NCBI GenBank assembly: GCA_026770705.1
Contig: JANJGN010000056.1
Span: 1,302,001-1,366,000, forward strand
Source: Isurus oxyrinchus
Taxonomy: Eukaryota
Reading direction: 5' to 3'
Length of the DNA: 64,000 nucleotides
The translations under genes and the position numbers were made by a program. Below, in pieces: positions 1 through 12,989 of the stretch. Every line of letters begins with the position of its first letter. Positions within the stretch are counted from its first letter, which is position 1. Below the pieces are notes generated by a model, which saw only the letters and a list, made by a program, of their open reading frames with translations, had not been told where the DNA came from and did not search any database.

Positions 1-3000
1 CCCAACCCCTACCGCCTTTCTATTCACAGCATTGAACCCGTCCCCATCAGGTCAAGGATTGCACTTCCGATTGGCTGCCGACACAGTTTTGAATCTCCCA
101 TTGCCTCCTGCCCGTTGTCATGGTCACATTGCTGTTAAACTGATGTCGGATTTCGGCTCGTGGACAAAATCCCATCCCTCTCTGTTTGATCAGTCTAGGA
201 TCATGGGCCAAAGAGGATCATGAGCCAAAGTGCACTGTACCTGGTCTCAGTTTATTTTCCCAACTGCAAATTATTAACGTGTCAGGAAGAGATCGTTGTT
301 GTTTAAAATAATGGATAATTACACAGCATGTACATATTTTAATTTCTCTATTTAATTTAGCAGGAAAGCGTCTGGATTTGTTTTCATTGTATTCTTAATT
401 TGATAGATACACTAATGGACCATCGTTTGCATTGTTCAATATTTCTTTCAGCTGATAATTTACCGATTCATTTTTTGGGTATTTCAACGTTTAATTCGGA
501 AATATAACAGAAAATATGTTGTTAATTTATTGATTTATTTTATATAATTAGTCTTTTCAAACTTCGGCTGCATCAACATGTAACTGTGAAAAATATTGTT
601 TTTTAACGAGTTTCCCTATTGGCAGAGATGGCCAAGACAGTTTGAGTGCTGATATTTTTGTTAAATTTTTGCATATTTCATGAAAGCGAATTGATAGTAT
701 GGAAATGACAAATTAAATCTCAGTGTAAATGCATCATGTTTTAGGGATGTAAATAGTGGGTTTGCTCAGCTAACACCTGGATAGTAAAAGGGCAAATGAA
801 GGCCGACTTTCATTTCTGTCGGACTTTGGTTCTTTCTTATGGATTTTGATTTTCTAATACATGCATCATTTCCAGTGCAGCCTAAGGGTCATCAGACAAT
901 CCCTACTCAGTTTATGCACATTATGTGACCCTGTAAGGTTGTTATGATTGGTCTGATGGGATCTGCCACAGCCAATCAATATTGGATGCTTGCAATCGCT
1001 ATTCAAAATTGTGAATGAGAGTTAGCTTATTAACTCACAAGCTGATCCAGAAATGTAAACCGTTCTTTATCCTTATTCGAATAATTCTTCTTAATGTTTT
1101 CAAAGTTCGTCAAAATCGTTAATCAACAACTTGCCTAAATAATCAGATTCAAATTATTGATTCACCATCCAATCAACATACAATGCCACATTGCATTGTT
1201 GTTTTCCTAAGTTCCAGTGTGCAACGCCTATGCATCAGTGTGCAGCATTTCCTATAACCTTAAAACAACTTCATACTTCAATGAAAGCTCGATTGTGAAA
1301 ATGTGAATTTTCCATTTCTAATCTGTTCCTCTCGAGCCTCACTGGAGATTTCAGTCGGAAAGCTGTTCTGAACCCTTACCTGATCCATGGTAGGCTATTG
1401 CAACCGGGACTACACACACAATGGAATTTAAGGATATGCATTTAGTCTAGTGTTATGTAATTAATTTTGAAATGCACAAAATGATTTGATAAACGTTTGA
1501 ATTAAGAAGTTGCATTTCTGGCTGCATCAAATTTGTCCCTTCAGATTCACTGAGTAATGCTACCCCTCGAAATGCAAACGGAGGTTATTTAAGTAAGCAA
1601 CATGACTTATATGATGCAGCCAGGATCATGCAAGGATCAGAACAATTTCGCTTCATTTTTACTGATGAGTGAATATCATCAGTCTTTAATTGAATGCTCT
1701 TACTGTAAACTTCCGCATAATAACAAAGCATTGAATGAATTCACTAAAAAGTTCCTGCTTTTTGAAAGAAAATTAAATATGGATCTACCAAACAATTCTA
1801 AAATGCACTGGTATTCTGTTCCCGACAAATGTAAAATGAAATTAGAATAAAAATCATTACTTTAGAAATGGATTTGTTCTCTATCATCAGGTAATCAACA
1901 AATCGCAAACTAATTTTTCCAATCATGTCTTAGCTATTTCAAATACTTTACCAACACAAGTCGATGTGCAAATCATGGTCAATTTCTCTCTGGGTTTTCT
2001 ACATTTGGTGTCCAGCAGGAATCAGTGTTCAATTTTTCATTTCTAAACGTTTCACAAGGATGCAGCTTCTGAGATGAAAATGATTCTTTTCTGCCCTTTC
2101 AGAAACAAATATTTTGTACTTCACCCGGTCAAAAAAGCGACCTCTCTCCTGTGCCCTGAGTTGGAAAACTCTGAGTTAAATCGCAGCCGAATAATATTTC
2201 TGAATTGCTCATTCACCATGTTTTGGTTATCGATCTAATTCCCATTCCCCCTGCATTTTACCATATCTATTCAATGTGCTTTAAAACTGGCCTGCCTAGA
2301 AAAAAACGTGGCCATGCACAAAACTAACTCTGCCCTGAAACTGCCAATAAATATTCCCCGACCAATATAATCAGTCTGCCTGACAATATCGCTTTTCTCC
2401 CATTTGGAGATTAAACTGCCCCTTGATCAGCACTGACTAAACCAGACTTCCCACCCTGCATAGTACATGTTGCTTCAGTCCTTCTGCAATGAATCAGCGA
2501 AAGATACGTTCTGAACTTTTCCTCGACAATTCTCACCTTGCCTATCAATGTCACATTACTCATCGTGCCTTAAAACTACTGACTGGTCTGTCATGAACCC
2601 CTACTTCACACCGCTAGTCTCCATAAACATACTTCCTTACTTGTACTGTCGTTGAACGCCAGCATGAGGGCGCCTGAGTAAACATTCATTCAGCCTCTTC
2701 TATGTGGGACTTTTTTGTAGTCCAGTGACCATTATAACATTTCCTGTTTATTGCAATTCCACCTATACCATCCCAACTGCCCAGACTTGCCCAGGGCTAC
2801 GTTTTTTCTTCAAGCTGTCTCTCCTGTTGCACAATGAAACATCCCACCACTTACTGAATCTATTAAGTGCCCGGCACACTTTCCACCACTACATCTTCCA
2901 GAACAGAACTCTACTATGCTAAGTCTTTATTTTGTGCCCGCATTTCACAGTACACATTGCACCTGCACACGTGAATTCGCTCGTTCCACCTCCTTTTTCT

Positions 3001-3353
3001 CATTTAAAATTTAACAAGCCGAGGCTTTTTTGGACCTTCAGCCAGTCCAGTACACATTCACCCTCAGCGCGCTGAATCTTCAGTGCACAATAGCTGTTCA
3101 GAATTCATTGAGGGTGCTGCTCCCTAAGGATGAATAATCAATTAACGCTTAACCATCCTGCGCACTTTTACTAGGTTCAATGCACATATAAAACACGTTG
3201 CTATTGGAAATCATGCTAAACATGATTGCATTAAACAATTTAAAAGATGCATGAAGAAGCTAAATTTGCAATGAATACCGTTTGCTGCAAACAAAAGAAA
3301 AATATGTTCATCTTTGTTGTTTATCTCATGTTATGTGTCTCTCTCTCTTACAG

Positions 3354-3454
3354 TGAATGGCGTTGCAATTGTGAATCTTTTGCGAGGAAAGCATGGTCTC
3401 TGCAAATGCAATACATACTATATGATGGCAATGGCAGCGGCTGGTCTCCTTATT
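3354..3454 (+). pseudogene. Truncated exon-2 fragment of a GPR139/142-like GPCR (TM1-ICL1-TM2)
   Basis: Pyrimidine tract + ttacag acceptor, then phase-1 (V)NGVAIVNLLRGKHGLCKCNTYYMMAMAAAGLLI, which aligns to VNLVTIVILRRRRCGLSNCVTRYLEAMAVADLLV at 11867. Similarity stops where LTR-element sequence begins. Confidence 0.75.
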
Positions 3455-3459
3455 GATTG

Positions 3460-5785
3460 TGCTGTTATCACAATGACCTGTTTAATTCTGGTCATTGAGG
3501 CCTGTGTGCCAGCTAGCTGCGACAATGCTTTATGAGTCACATCAGCCTCTTTCTGGTTAACATTGATATCGCCCTTATGGTCACTGCGTTCTGTAATACA
3601 CTCTGTCTATGCTTCGTGGTAAGTTCTCTAATATAACTGTTTTATGTGTGGCTCTTTTTTCCTGTTACTCTACCAACTACCTTAATCTATACGTCTCAGG
3701 TTCATTATCTTCAATTCTTTCTTTCTAAACAATGTTATCAAATACATTGTTAGATAATTGAATTTCAGCACCTTCTCCCTGACCTTTAGATTCCTGTTCT
3801 TCATGTTTCAACCTGTGAGCTTGTGCTCTTGTTCCAATGCAACCGGGAAGGAACCTAGGATGCTCTTTCTGCAAAACATAGGTTGAAAATAACTCTACAT
3901 ATGCTCAACTACAATAGATATCAGCCACATCTGTGATCCAGGAATTACATTACCTAAAACAAATTGTATCAATGTAATGGGCAATTTGCCACTCCTCAGA
4001 CAAACAGCTCACCTGTTTTCCACCTACTGTTAACATGTACCTTCCACAATGAACTAGGCTTAGCATCTCGATGATTCCCAATTATTATCACCTGTTCTGG
4101 CAATACATCCTCTGAGCAACAAATATCACTCTCCGGCAACATTAAGGATTGTCTCGCCCATGTATTTCTTTAAATTCTAATATATTTTCCTGCTCTGCCC
4201 TATACACAGTGAAAGATTTCCGCATCATGTACAAAATGTTTATACATTTCCACAACCTGCTCCCCAGAACTCGCTTGGGTTATGAACACATTCAAGTCAT
4301 TCTTGACATATCATTGATTCTTCCTTTCTTTACCGCTAAACAAAACATTTCTTTTTCCTCTGCCTGAAGCTCAGAAGCCACAATAATTTTATACCCAGAA
4401 ATTTGCTGCATCTGATTAATTCCCTGAATTTTCCCTGAGATTTCCAACACACTGACTTCTTGTGGCCAACTTTATCACTTTGAAAACACTTCAAATTTGG
4501 ATTGTCTCTTCAGTCCTTAGCACCGTCCAATTTAGTTTTTGAAAAATAAATTGTTGCTTGGATATTGCACCTGCTCCTTCCCTCCCCTTATTACACACAG
4601 TACTTTCAGTTTCCTATTTTGTATGCCTCACTTATTTAAAAGGGTGACGAAAAGAAACGAATAGATGTAGGAGATAACTTCTAATGGTCAGCTATTTCTG
4701 TGGCATGTCTTACCGTTTTAACCCTCTGTCCCTCCACATGAGATCTCACTACCGAAGGAAGTGAATCTTTTAGTTAATCTAAAACTACTCCTTCTCGGAA
4801 GCACCATATGTTGTCTCTATATTTAATGCTTGGATGTATCAATCGAAATTATTGTGTTTAACTCTTGCAAACTCAGTTTACATTTGCCCAGGCTCCTTTC
4901 TTGTACTCCTAAATTTCTTGATGTCTGCCTCAAGATCCAACTCATATGCACTCAAATATGTATCTTATCACTTCAGAATACATTGAGCTTTCTTCTGACA
5001 GTGAAGCGTAACTATAATGAGCTCCACGCAATAACGTATACCTTAACAACAATGTCAGGTTTACTTCTGGTGAGTTAATCTCTTTATTATCTCCTCAAAT
5101 GTAACAGAGTGCGCCTGGACGTCTCTCCCTCATCAATCTTGGAAAAGATTGAACAAATTTAGATAGCTCCCCAGCAGGATATAAGATTTTCAAAATCAGA
5201 ACTTACATCAACATCATATGTCTCTTTTTAAAAACTCTAACGTATTAAAATCAGAACTCTCTATCTCTTTCCTTGAATCTCTCCTCAATTGTTAACGTTT
5301 TCTTCTGGAGATCAAGTTTTTATATTTCCAAAATTTTTTGATATAATCTCTTTTGTTTTTCTTTTGCATCCAATTCAAGTTTTTTCAGTTACTTTGCTTA
5401 TTGAAATTCAAGCCTCCTCAATTCCAACTGGAGTTTCACTACCTCCAGCTTTGACACATTAGTTTCAGTTTTTACTTCCAACATAAAATGTTGTGCTATC
5501 AGTTCAACTATATCTGCTTTCTTTTCTCCCACATTTAGCCTCAACTGCAACTTAACCAACAGACCTGTTGCTTACCCTTAGATTCTTTTGCTGTAACCAA
5601 ATAGGAGTTATTAATGCTATTTCCAGTAACGATTTAGCCATTGATAAGGGCATCTTGCTGTCTCCCAACTTTAACAATACCTCAAGCCAACTCCTGAATT
5701 CAAAGCGCTTCTCGTACCTCCAACCTTAATGTTCAGCTTTTCCAAGCCACTCAAATATTTTCAAATATACAGCAATTACTCCTCA
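3460..5785 (-). mobile_element. Decayed Gypsy/Gmr1-like LTR retrotransposon, gag(-protease) region
   Basis: Minus-strand translations with stops and frameshifts give D-V-x-A-x-x-x-x-F-E, YASLSEE, LSAYEL, KFR-x-x-RK-x-PGQ and EFARVK-x-x-NFD (about 4840-5160), which resemble the SCAN-like gag domain of fish Gmr1-type elements. Confidence 0.7.
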
Positions 5786-5789
5786 TTTT

Positions 5790-6150
5790 TTATGATGCGA
5801 CAATGATGTGGGCTAGATGGATGAAACAGACAAAAAAAACTTGTTCAAGCAGTCACAACGATTTGGCAATATGTATTTATTTCGAGATGCATGCCCTAAA
5901 TTGAGGGGTTATAAGCCCATAAATTTTTCGGTAAACTAAATTAAGCATGCAATAACAACAGTTAGGATTAAAAGCAAATGCATAGGTCTACAAATTAACA
6001 CACTAATAAATCCTAAAACGCCTAATTAATTTGGCTTCCATTTACACCCTCGTTAAGGCAACAGTAAAACAAGAAACACATTCCGCCTAGTCACACATCA
6101 CCCTGGACAGAATAATTCAAAGTGGCGTTTTTCACATAAAATAATATCAC
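5790..6150 (-). mobile_element. Probable LTR of the adjacent Gypsy element (internally deleted); contains the left boundary of the tandem array
   Basis: Non-coding AT-rich block directly 5' (minus strand) of gag. The same sequence recurs at 29040 and 56940 with ~470 bp more. Termini are not clearly resolved. Confidence 0.45.
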
Positions 6151-7014
6151 GAGAAATATTAGATATTCGGTAAAATATGGTTCAAATGGATTTCTAAAAT
6201 ACATAACATCAAGCCCTCAAGGAGGATATTGTTTTCATTACTGGACACAACAATTTTACAATAATTTGAAAGCATTTGGACAGTTGCAGAATAATTTCAC
6301 CACTATCGCTCTAAGGAAGAGAATTATAAATTACTTAGCAAGATCGTAGCAGTTGAAGAGGGAAAGGTTCAACATGGCTCGGTAGGGAGAGAGTTAATAA
6401 ACCTCATGGAGGTTTGAGTTTATTGTAAACAGGGCCGAGTGAACTGGTTTGTAAATGCTCAAAACGAATCGGCAGGTTTGTAGCCCAGGGGCCGCTGACA
6501 GTTCAATAATCCTTGGGGAATGAAATGATGCTCCCTGATTGGGTGAGGTAGGTGTTGATCACCGGGCGGATTTCTCTGATTATGTCAGGCGAATGTCAAC
6601 GAAATACCAAATAGGCTGAGTGAATCGTGGTTCACCTGGTCAATCATTCCGATTGGATGAGGTGGCTTTCAACAATGGGGTGCGTGAATTAATAGAGTGG
6701 TTGTGGAGATGGTGGTTTGGGGTAATGTTTATGAGTCCCTGGGTGAAGCTCCGGCTTGACTGTGCTACCTGTAAGACAGCGGGTGGAGCTCCCGGATTGG
6801 CTGAGTCTCTGAAAAATATGTAGAACCGATACTTCACGACAGTCTTTAACTGCTGTCTGATCATGGACTGACTCACCCCATAAATTAACATCTTTGTGCA
6901 GTAACTTTAATTCATCAGCATAAACTTGGCACGTTAACATATATAGTCAGGAAATCTATAATATACTAATTCACTAATTTTAACATATACGAATGTATAA
7001 GATTCCCCGACCAG

Positions 7015-7437
7015 GAATGTGATTTTGTGCTGGTTAGAATACATTCATACAGGGTGTTGATAATTGAGTGGATTTAGTGCTGGGTAACATATATTCAGCA
7101 GAGTGTTTGATAAGTGAGTGGGCTTACTGCTGGTTAAAATCAATTGAGCAGAGTATCGATAAGTGAATGGGATTTAGAACTGATTAAAATACATTCAACA
7201 GAGTGTTGATAAGTGAATGGGATTTAGAGCTGTTTAAAATACATTCAACAGAGTGTTGATAAGTGAGTAGATTTAGTGCTGCTGAAAATACATTCAGCAG
7301 GTCATTGAGAAGTGAATGAGATTTAGTGCTGTTTAAAATACATTCAGCAGAGTGTTGATAAGTGTGTACTGGTTAAGATACATTCAGCAGATTGGTGCTA
7401 AGTGAATGGGATTTTTTACTGTTTAAAATACATTCAG
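7015..7437. repeat. ~50-bp minisatellite, about 8.5 units
   Basis: Unit cagagtgttgataagtgaatgggatttagagctgtttaaaatacattca(a/g) at 7050, 7099, 7149, 7199, 7249, 7298, 7348 and 7388. Confidence 0.9.
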
Positions 7438-8989
7438 CTGCCATTTCCATGTCCCCCATTCTTAATGCGCAAATCTCATCCACGATGTGACTAACATTTA
7501 GTTCCTCTTTTGTTTCATGTGTGTTTGAAGGCTCTTTAAATGTATGTTGCCACATTTCTTGCCAGGCATGCGCTAATGTCTCCAACCGAATTTTCTTTGG
7601 GAACTGTTTTGCATGTGCCTACATTTTCTCAGTCTTCTGGCCGAATGCTAATCTTGGCTTAATTGTGCACTGTTCCTTTCCAGGTATAAAACGCTTGCCT
7701 TTCTGAGTTAGCCACGGGGACATCACCCTTAATTTAGTTGATGACCATTCCTAGAATAAACTACTTTTTAATTATGGCGTGGGTGAATGGCCCCCACTCT
7801 CTCAGACTTTGCCTATACTCTCAAAGATTTGCAAACCGTTTAATCCTTAAAACCAACTTACTAATTTTCCACACACATCTCAATAATTTAGTCACCATCT
7901 CACTGAGCGTCATCAACAATCTTTGATATAAAGTTCCACGTTGCTGCATCAGGGTTTTATGTGCATTTTAGTGAACTGGCAGCTGAGGCTGCAGAACAGG
8001 TCCTGGGTTGACACAATCACTCATGTTTGTTGGATTGGAGGACACCACCTTTTTCTGAATGTCTGCCTCCCACAGTTTAATTTCTTTCATATCCTGGCCA
8101 TTAGGGCGCTCCCAATTCCATTCAACCCTAACATGTACCTCCTTTATCAGGGAAGAATCGATATGAATTAGCAGCCGATCACGGCACAAGAATACATAAA
8201 GGTCCATTTATTTTTAATGCTTGAAATGATTTAAAGAAAAGGACGGCAACCACCCTCGGATATTCCTCATCGGGAAACTAGAGTCGATTTGAAAGGACAG
8301 ACAGTCACCATTCCCTGCATCATGACAGAGAAAACCGTTCATATCTGATTTTACAGGGATAATCCACGGCTGCCCTCTCCAGAAATCCTCACAAAAGTCA
8401 CCACTGGGACATTAAGGATGACCAGAAAGCGGCACAGAGGACGGCAGCAGCGCGAAAATAATGCGCCCCCTCCCCTCCCCGGTCACTAAAAGCTGGTTAG
8501 CCTGTGATGGTCATTACCGAAGGCCAGTGAAACGCTACCAGGAGACATCATATATGGGATTAGCTCACTTGATGTTCAAAAGGGGGCAGACTGTATTTGA
8601 ATGTAACAGTGATAAATAGTCTGATTTAGTGTCGTTATTCTCCTAACAATGTTATTGTGAAAAAGGGTCCTAGACTGACTGAGAGCAGGGACCGAGTCCA
8701 ACTCGACTGACAGCAAACCCTCAGCTCGAATGTTGCTTTCCAATTTTACCCGATGGCTCTCTGATCGAGCAGAATGATATGTTCAACGTCCCAATAGCAG
8801 CACGGGGTCACGGTTTCGTTTACCTTTCACTGCAGTGAGTCTAGTGACTTTTCCTAAGGCACTTTCAGACAGGTTACCCTTCTGACATTGCACGTTTACT
8901 CGCTGATTACCTTAACTGGGTGATGGATATTTTAAGAAACTATTGTTATGTGGAATACTGTAACTCTATTGCATTCCAATGCAGCATTG

Positions 8990-9450
8990 ACTGATTTCTG
9001 CACTGATGGACTGCCAGTTCTGAATTGTACTGCAATATCTGTGTTTCAGTACTGAGGAGTTGCTGCACCGCCAGAGAGTCAGTACTGAGAGAGCAGGACA
9101 CCGTCAGAAGCATCAATGCTGGAGCAGAGATGAATTACAGGATGGTCGGTACAGGTCAAGTGCTGCATTGTCGAAAGATCTACACTGGAAGTGTGCTGTA
9201 CGTTGAAGACAGGGATAGGGTGAGACAAGTGCTGAGAGAGAGAGAGTGAAAGACAGAGATTTTGAGAAAAAAAAAACAAAAACAAAAATAGAGGTAACAG
9301 GAAGGCGAGATGAAGAGAGAGGGTGAGAGAAAGAGGTGGACAGCACTGATGGAGCGCTGCACTATCGGTGGGTCAGTACGAAATCATGCTTCTCTGTCAA
9401 ATTTCAAACCCGAGGGGGTGCTGCACTCTTGTAAGGTCACCGCTGAGGGA
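8990..9450 (+). repeat. Degenerate ~32-bp tandem repeat (cagtactgagggagtgctgcactgtcggagggt-like); paralog at ~36900-37365
   Basis: Recurrent cagtactga / gtgctgcact / gggtcagtac words at ~32-bp spacing. Resembles, from memory, a DeuSINE-core-like repeat common in shark genomes. Confidence 0.5.
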
Positions 9451-9459
9451 TCATTTCTG

Positions 9460-9925
9460 TTTATTCGTCTCTCCGTCTCTCCCTCTCTTGCTCTTCCTCT
9501 CACCTTCCTGTTATCTCTCATTTTGTTTTTGTTTCTTTCTCAACATCTTTCTGTCTGTCTCTCACTCCTTCTTTGTCCTTCTCTCACTCAATCCCTCTCT
9601 TAACTCCTTTTCACGTCCTCTGCCCTGTCACTCAATTTCTCCCTCTCTCCCATTCTTATTGTACGTCTCCCCCTTTCTCACTGTTGTTCTCTTCCAGCCT
9701 CTAGTTCTCTCTTTATCTCTTTCTCACTCTTTGTCTTTCTGCCGCTCTCCAGCCAGGCATGTTCACCTCTCACTATGCCTCCACCTCTCTCTCTATCAGC
9801 CTTTTTCTCTCCCCCCACTCACACTCTTTCTATCTCTTTTTCAACCTCTCTTTGTCTTTCTCTGTCTGTTAAGTAACCTGCGTCTTTCTCTCCTTCTCTC
9901 TCTATATCAATCTGCATCTCTTTTA
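9460..9925. repeat. CT-rich low-complexity tract; paralog at ~37380-37820
   Basis: Almost purely pyrimidine on the + strand. Confidence 0.85.
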
Positions 9926-10989
9926 GGGAGATCGAGGTCCAGTTGTGCCATCTTGCCCAACACACACACCCCAAATCCCCTGCAACGCCAACCCCTTTCT
10001 GTGCTGCATTGATACCCACTTCCGTTGTAAACACTAGTATTCAGTGGGAGCTGGCATGCTGCACATGCACTGATTTCCACTGTTACCTCGCTTTCACTTT
10101 GTTATCTTACTTGCGTTGTTGGTTACCCGAAATCTACGCTGTGACCACATCTCCTCTGAAGAGACCGCACCACGTTGCACTGTGACATTCCATTTCGGCT
10201 TCCAATCACGTGTTGGAAGGAGGATTCATGTCCAATCACTGAGAAGCAGCGGACAGTTCCACCAGCGATTTTAGAAGTAGGCTATCAGTGGCTTAGTTTT
10301 CTGTTCATTCAGTGCGAGAGAGAAGTATAATGGCCATATTTCGTGGGCAATGGAAGTGTGGAAATGGCTTGAGATGTGTCTCCTGCCCTTCCCGTGTGAG
10401 GGATGGGGACGATGGGCTTTGCAATCGTCCAATGGGATGGGAGAAGTAGGTCAGTGGTGAACATTCAGTGCCTCCTCTCGCCCCCGCACACCCCCACCCT
10501 CCCATCACCATCTTCCCACCCCCGCCGCTGTAAATAAGAGAAAATGCTTTAATTCCAGAACATCATGGTTTCCTTGCTCCCACAGTGAGAGAAATTTTCC
10601 TCCTTTCAAACTGAGCAATGAGCTGATAAAATATTGGAAGCGCTGAGTCATTATGTTCCATTGATAAAGACACCTTGAACGCACTGGACACCCCCATCCT
10701 ACACCCCCTCCCCCGTGCCAGCTGGCAATGTTAAATTCAATGAGAGAATTCATGAAACTCCTAGAATTTAATACTTCCAGATAGTAAACCCACTTCCACC
10801 TCCCAAATATCCCCACCCCATCTCCCAGCCCCATCCTCTGAAAACGTTAAGTTAAATGTTAAAATTCAGGATGTTCGCATTGATTCTTTCTGCCCAGTGA
10901 CAGACCCATATACCCTGCTGAAAATGTGAAATAATGTCCTATAAATGTCAGATATTCAGCTCTTCTAATCATTGAACAAAGTAAAGAAT

Positions 10990-11867
10990 TTAAGCGAAAG
11001 GATATTTCAACATTTTCCACAACTGCTCCCTGAACCTCGTCTGTGTCACAGCATAAATCCAAGTGTTTGTGCAGCAACTAAGGAGCTGCAGCATGAAGCC
11101 CAATTCCAGAACAAAAAAATCTAGATACAGGGAATTATAGCCTAAAGCAGACATCCGGATCCATATGGAAAAAAACATTAGCATTCCCCATAAAACGATG
11201 AAATTGGTTGAAATATAAAAGAGTAACATGATCGATTTCTTTCGATTCTCCACCGCTGGGTCTTTGGGGCTTTGCCCACTCCTGTGAGGCCGGAGTCTCA
11301 TGCGGGCCCTGCTGGTCACTAAAATATACTCTATGGTCAAAATATTGATGAGCAGGATCAGCACAAATGGGACACACGGTGTTAGAATGTGATGGGTGAA
11401 CTCGATTGTTGTCCAGACAGGATTGAACAGAACCTCCTTTCTGTAACCACAAAACCAGGGGAAGTTTACCATCCAGTACTGACCTGTGAACAAAAAATAC
11501 CAGAAAATGTTCTTTGAACAGCTCAGTGCAATGACGGTTCCCAGAATCACAGCTGCCGTTTTCTCACTGCAATATTTAGTTTTCAGCTTCGGGCAACAAA
11601 TGGCCACAAATCGATCCAAGGTAAAAGTGACAGTGAACCACACAGAACAGTCAGTGGCTGCATAAAGCAGGACAGCATGGATATTACACACTGAGATTGA
11701 TCGCAGGAAAGAAAAATACTTATCAAACACAATTGGAATATGCCTCAGTATCAGGTCCAGGATAATGACCAGTAGATCAGCGACTGCCATGGCCTCCAGG
11801 TAACGGGTAACACAATTGGAGAGGCCACACCTCCGGCGCCTGAGTATCACAATCGTGACCAGGTTCA
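10990..11867 (-). CDS. Class A 7TM GPCR, GPR139/GPR142-like family, exon 2 (unit A, ORF intact)
   Basis: Open frame with TM2 MAVADL, Cys at the top of TM3 (VCNIH), DRF motif (FTLDRFVAICCP), TM5 PCVPF and TM7 LSCCTNTWIY. Acceptor cctttccttgcag|TG at 11868/11867; stop TAA at 10992-10990. Confidence 0.92.
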
Positions 11868-12989
11868 CTGCAAGGAAAGGTAATGAATAATAAAACGCTA
11901 TATCACTCTGGTACCAAGGTTGCCAGTAAAATTGAGATGCGATGGAGATGTGTTACAGCAGCCTCCAGTGTAATGAAATGAATGGTCCAGAAACAAGGTA
12001 TAAAAAATGTCTGTGATATAGTGGAAGGCAGGATACATTGAATGGTTAAAATAAGGAGGTGGGAATAAGGTGGAGATGGGAGTTTGCGGGAGAGCGGGAA
12101 TATTTGCGAGACAAAGGAGGAAAGGAGTAATCGGGGATAATAGGTGCGCATAGCGGTGATAACAGCGCATGGAGTGGCGGGCGAGCGTGCCCATTACGTG
12201 TGGTACCCATGGGTGATGGTGGAACTCATGAGTGAGAGGGGAGACGTGTTTGAGTGAGAGCAGCCAGAGGTGATGATTGCGTTCAGGCAAATAAGTGAAA
12301 TGGGGTAATTTTATATTTTGCTCAACATATCTCCTGACAGGAAGGCTCTGCAGTTATGTGATGGAATGTTTCCTCGTCCAAGGATGTTATTTTAGGAATT
12401 TCGAAGAGAGCTTTCTTGCGAATTATCATTTCAAATTAAAGGATAAATGACCATTTCTTACAAAATACGAAATGCAAGTTATAATGATCATGTACACGAC
12501 AAACACTCATACACCCTCACACAAAAATAATAATTTGCAGAAATGCTGCACATACTTAAATTATTACGAGTGTAGAACAGGAACAGCTCATTCCTTAATG
12601 TGCTTAATGTGCTGGTTGTAAACATTGCAGGACTGAGGTGTTCATTCCTCAGCGATTGAAGACAAATGGAGTTTTTAAATATCTGGCTTTTAGTCTACAA
12701 TGTGGTGGAGCCTCTGTGTTGAAGATATGTACCAACATGTACAGCCTATCAGCCTCTTTTAATGCCTGAAATCTTCAAAAATGTCTCTTAAAAATATTAT
12801 TTTGAAGTGTTTCTATTATGAGCAAGAGTCTCCCTGTCCTTCGATCTTGGTGTTGGATTTCCATTCTCCAAACACTAAATTTTACGTTGTGTACAACTTC
12901 AGAAAATGAAGTTATGTTCAAACTGGTTTCTTAGTGGCACAGCTAGACAACCTGTCAAAGGCGAAAGCATCCAGAATATATCTTACCAC

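Noticed and set aside
1868-1896. ATG...CAG|gtaatc mini-exon as exon 1 for the + strand GPCR fragment
   Set aside because: It is 23 nt (phase 2) whereas the acceptor at 3354 needs phase 1, and it has no TM1 similarity.
7015-7437. CRISPR-like appearance of the 50-bp and 65-bp arrays
   Set aside because: The context is eukaryotic, whole units are homologous with no unique spacers, and there are no cas genes.
9368-10012. 214-aa ORF (and the 190-aa paralog at 37301-37873)
   Set aside because: It arises from a CT-rich low-complexity tract poor in stop codons. It is L/S/F/P-biased, has no domain, and its length is not conserved between units.
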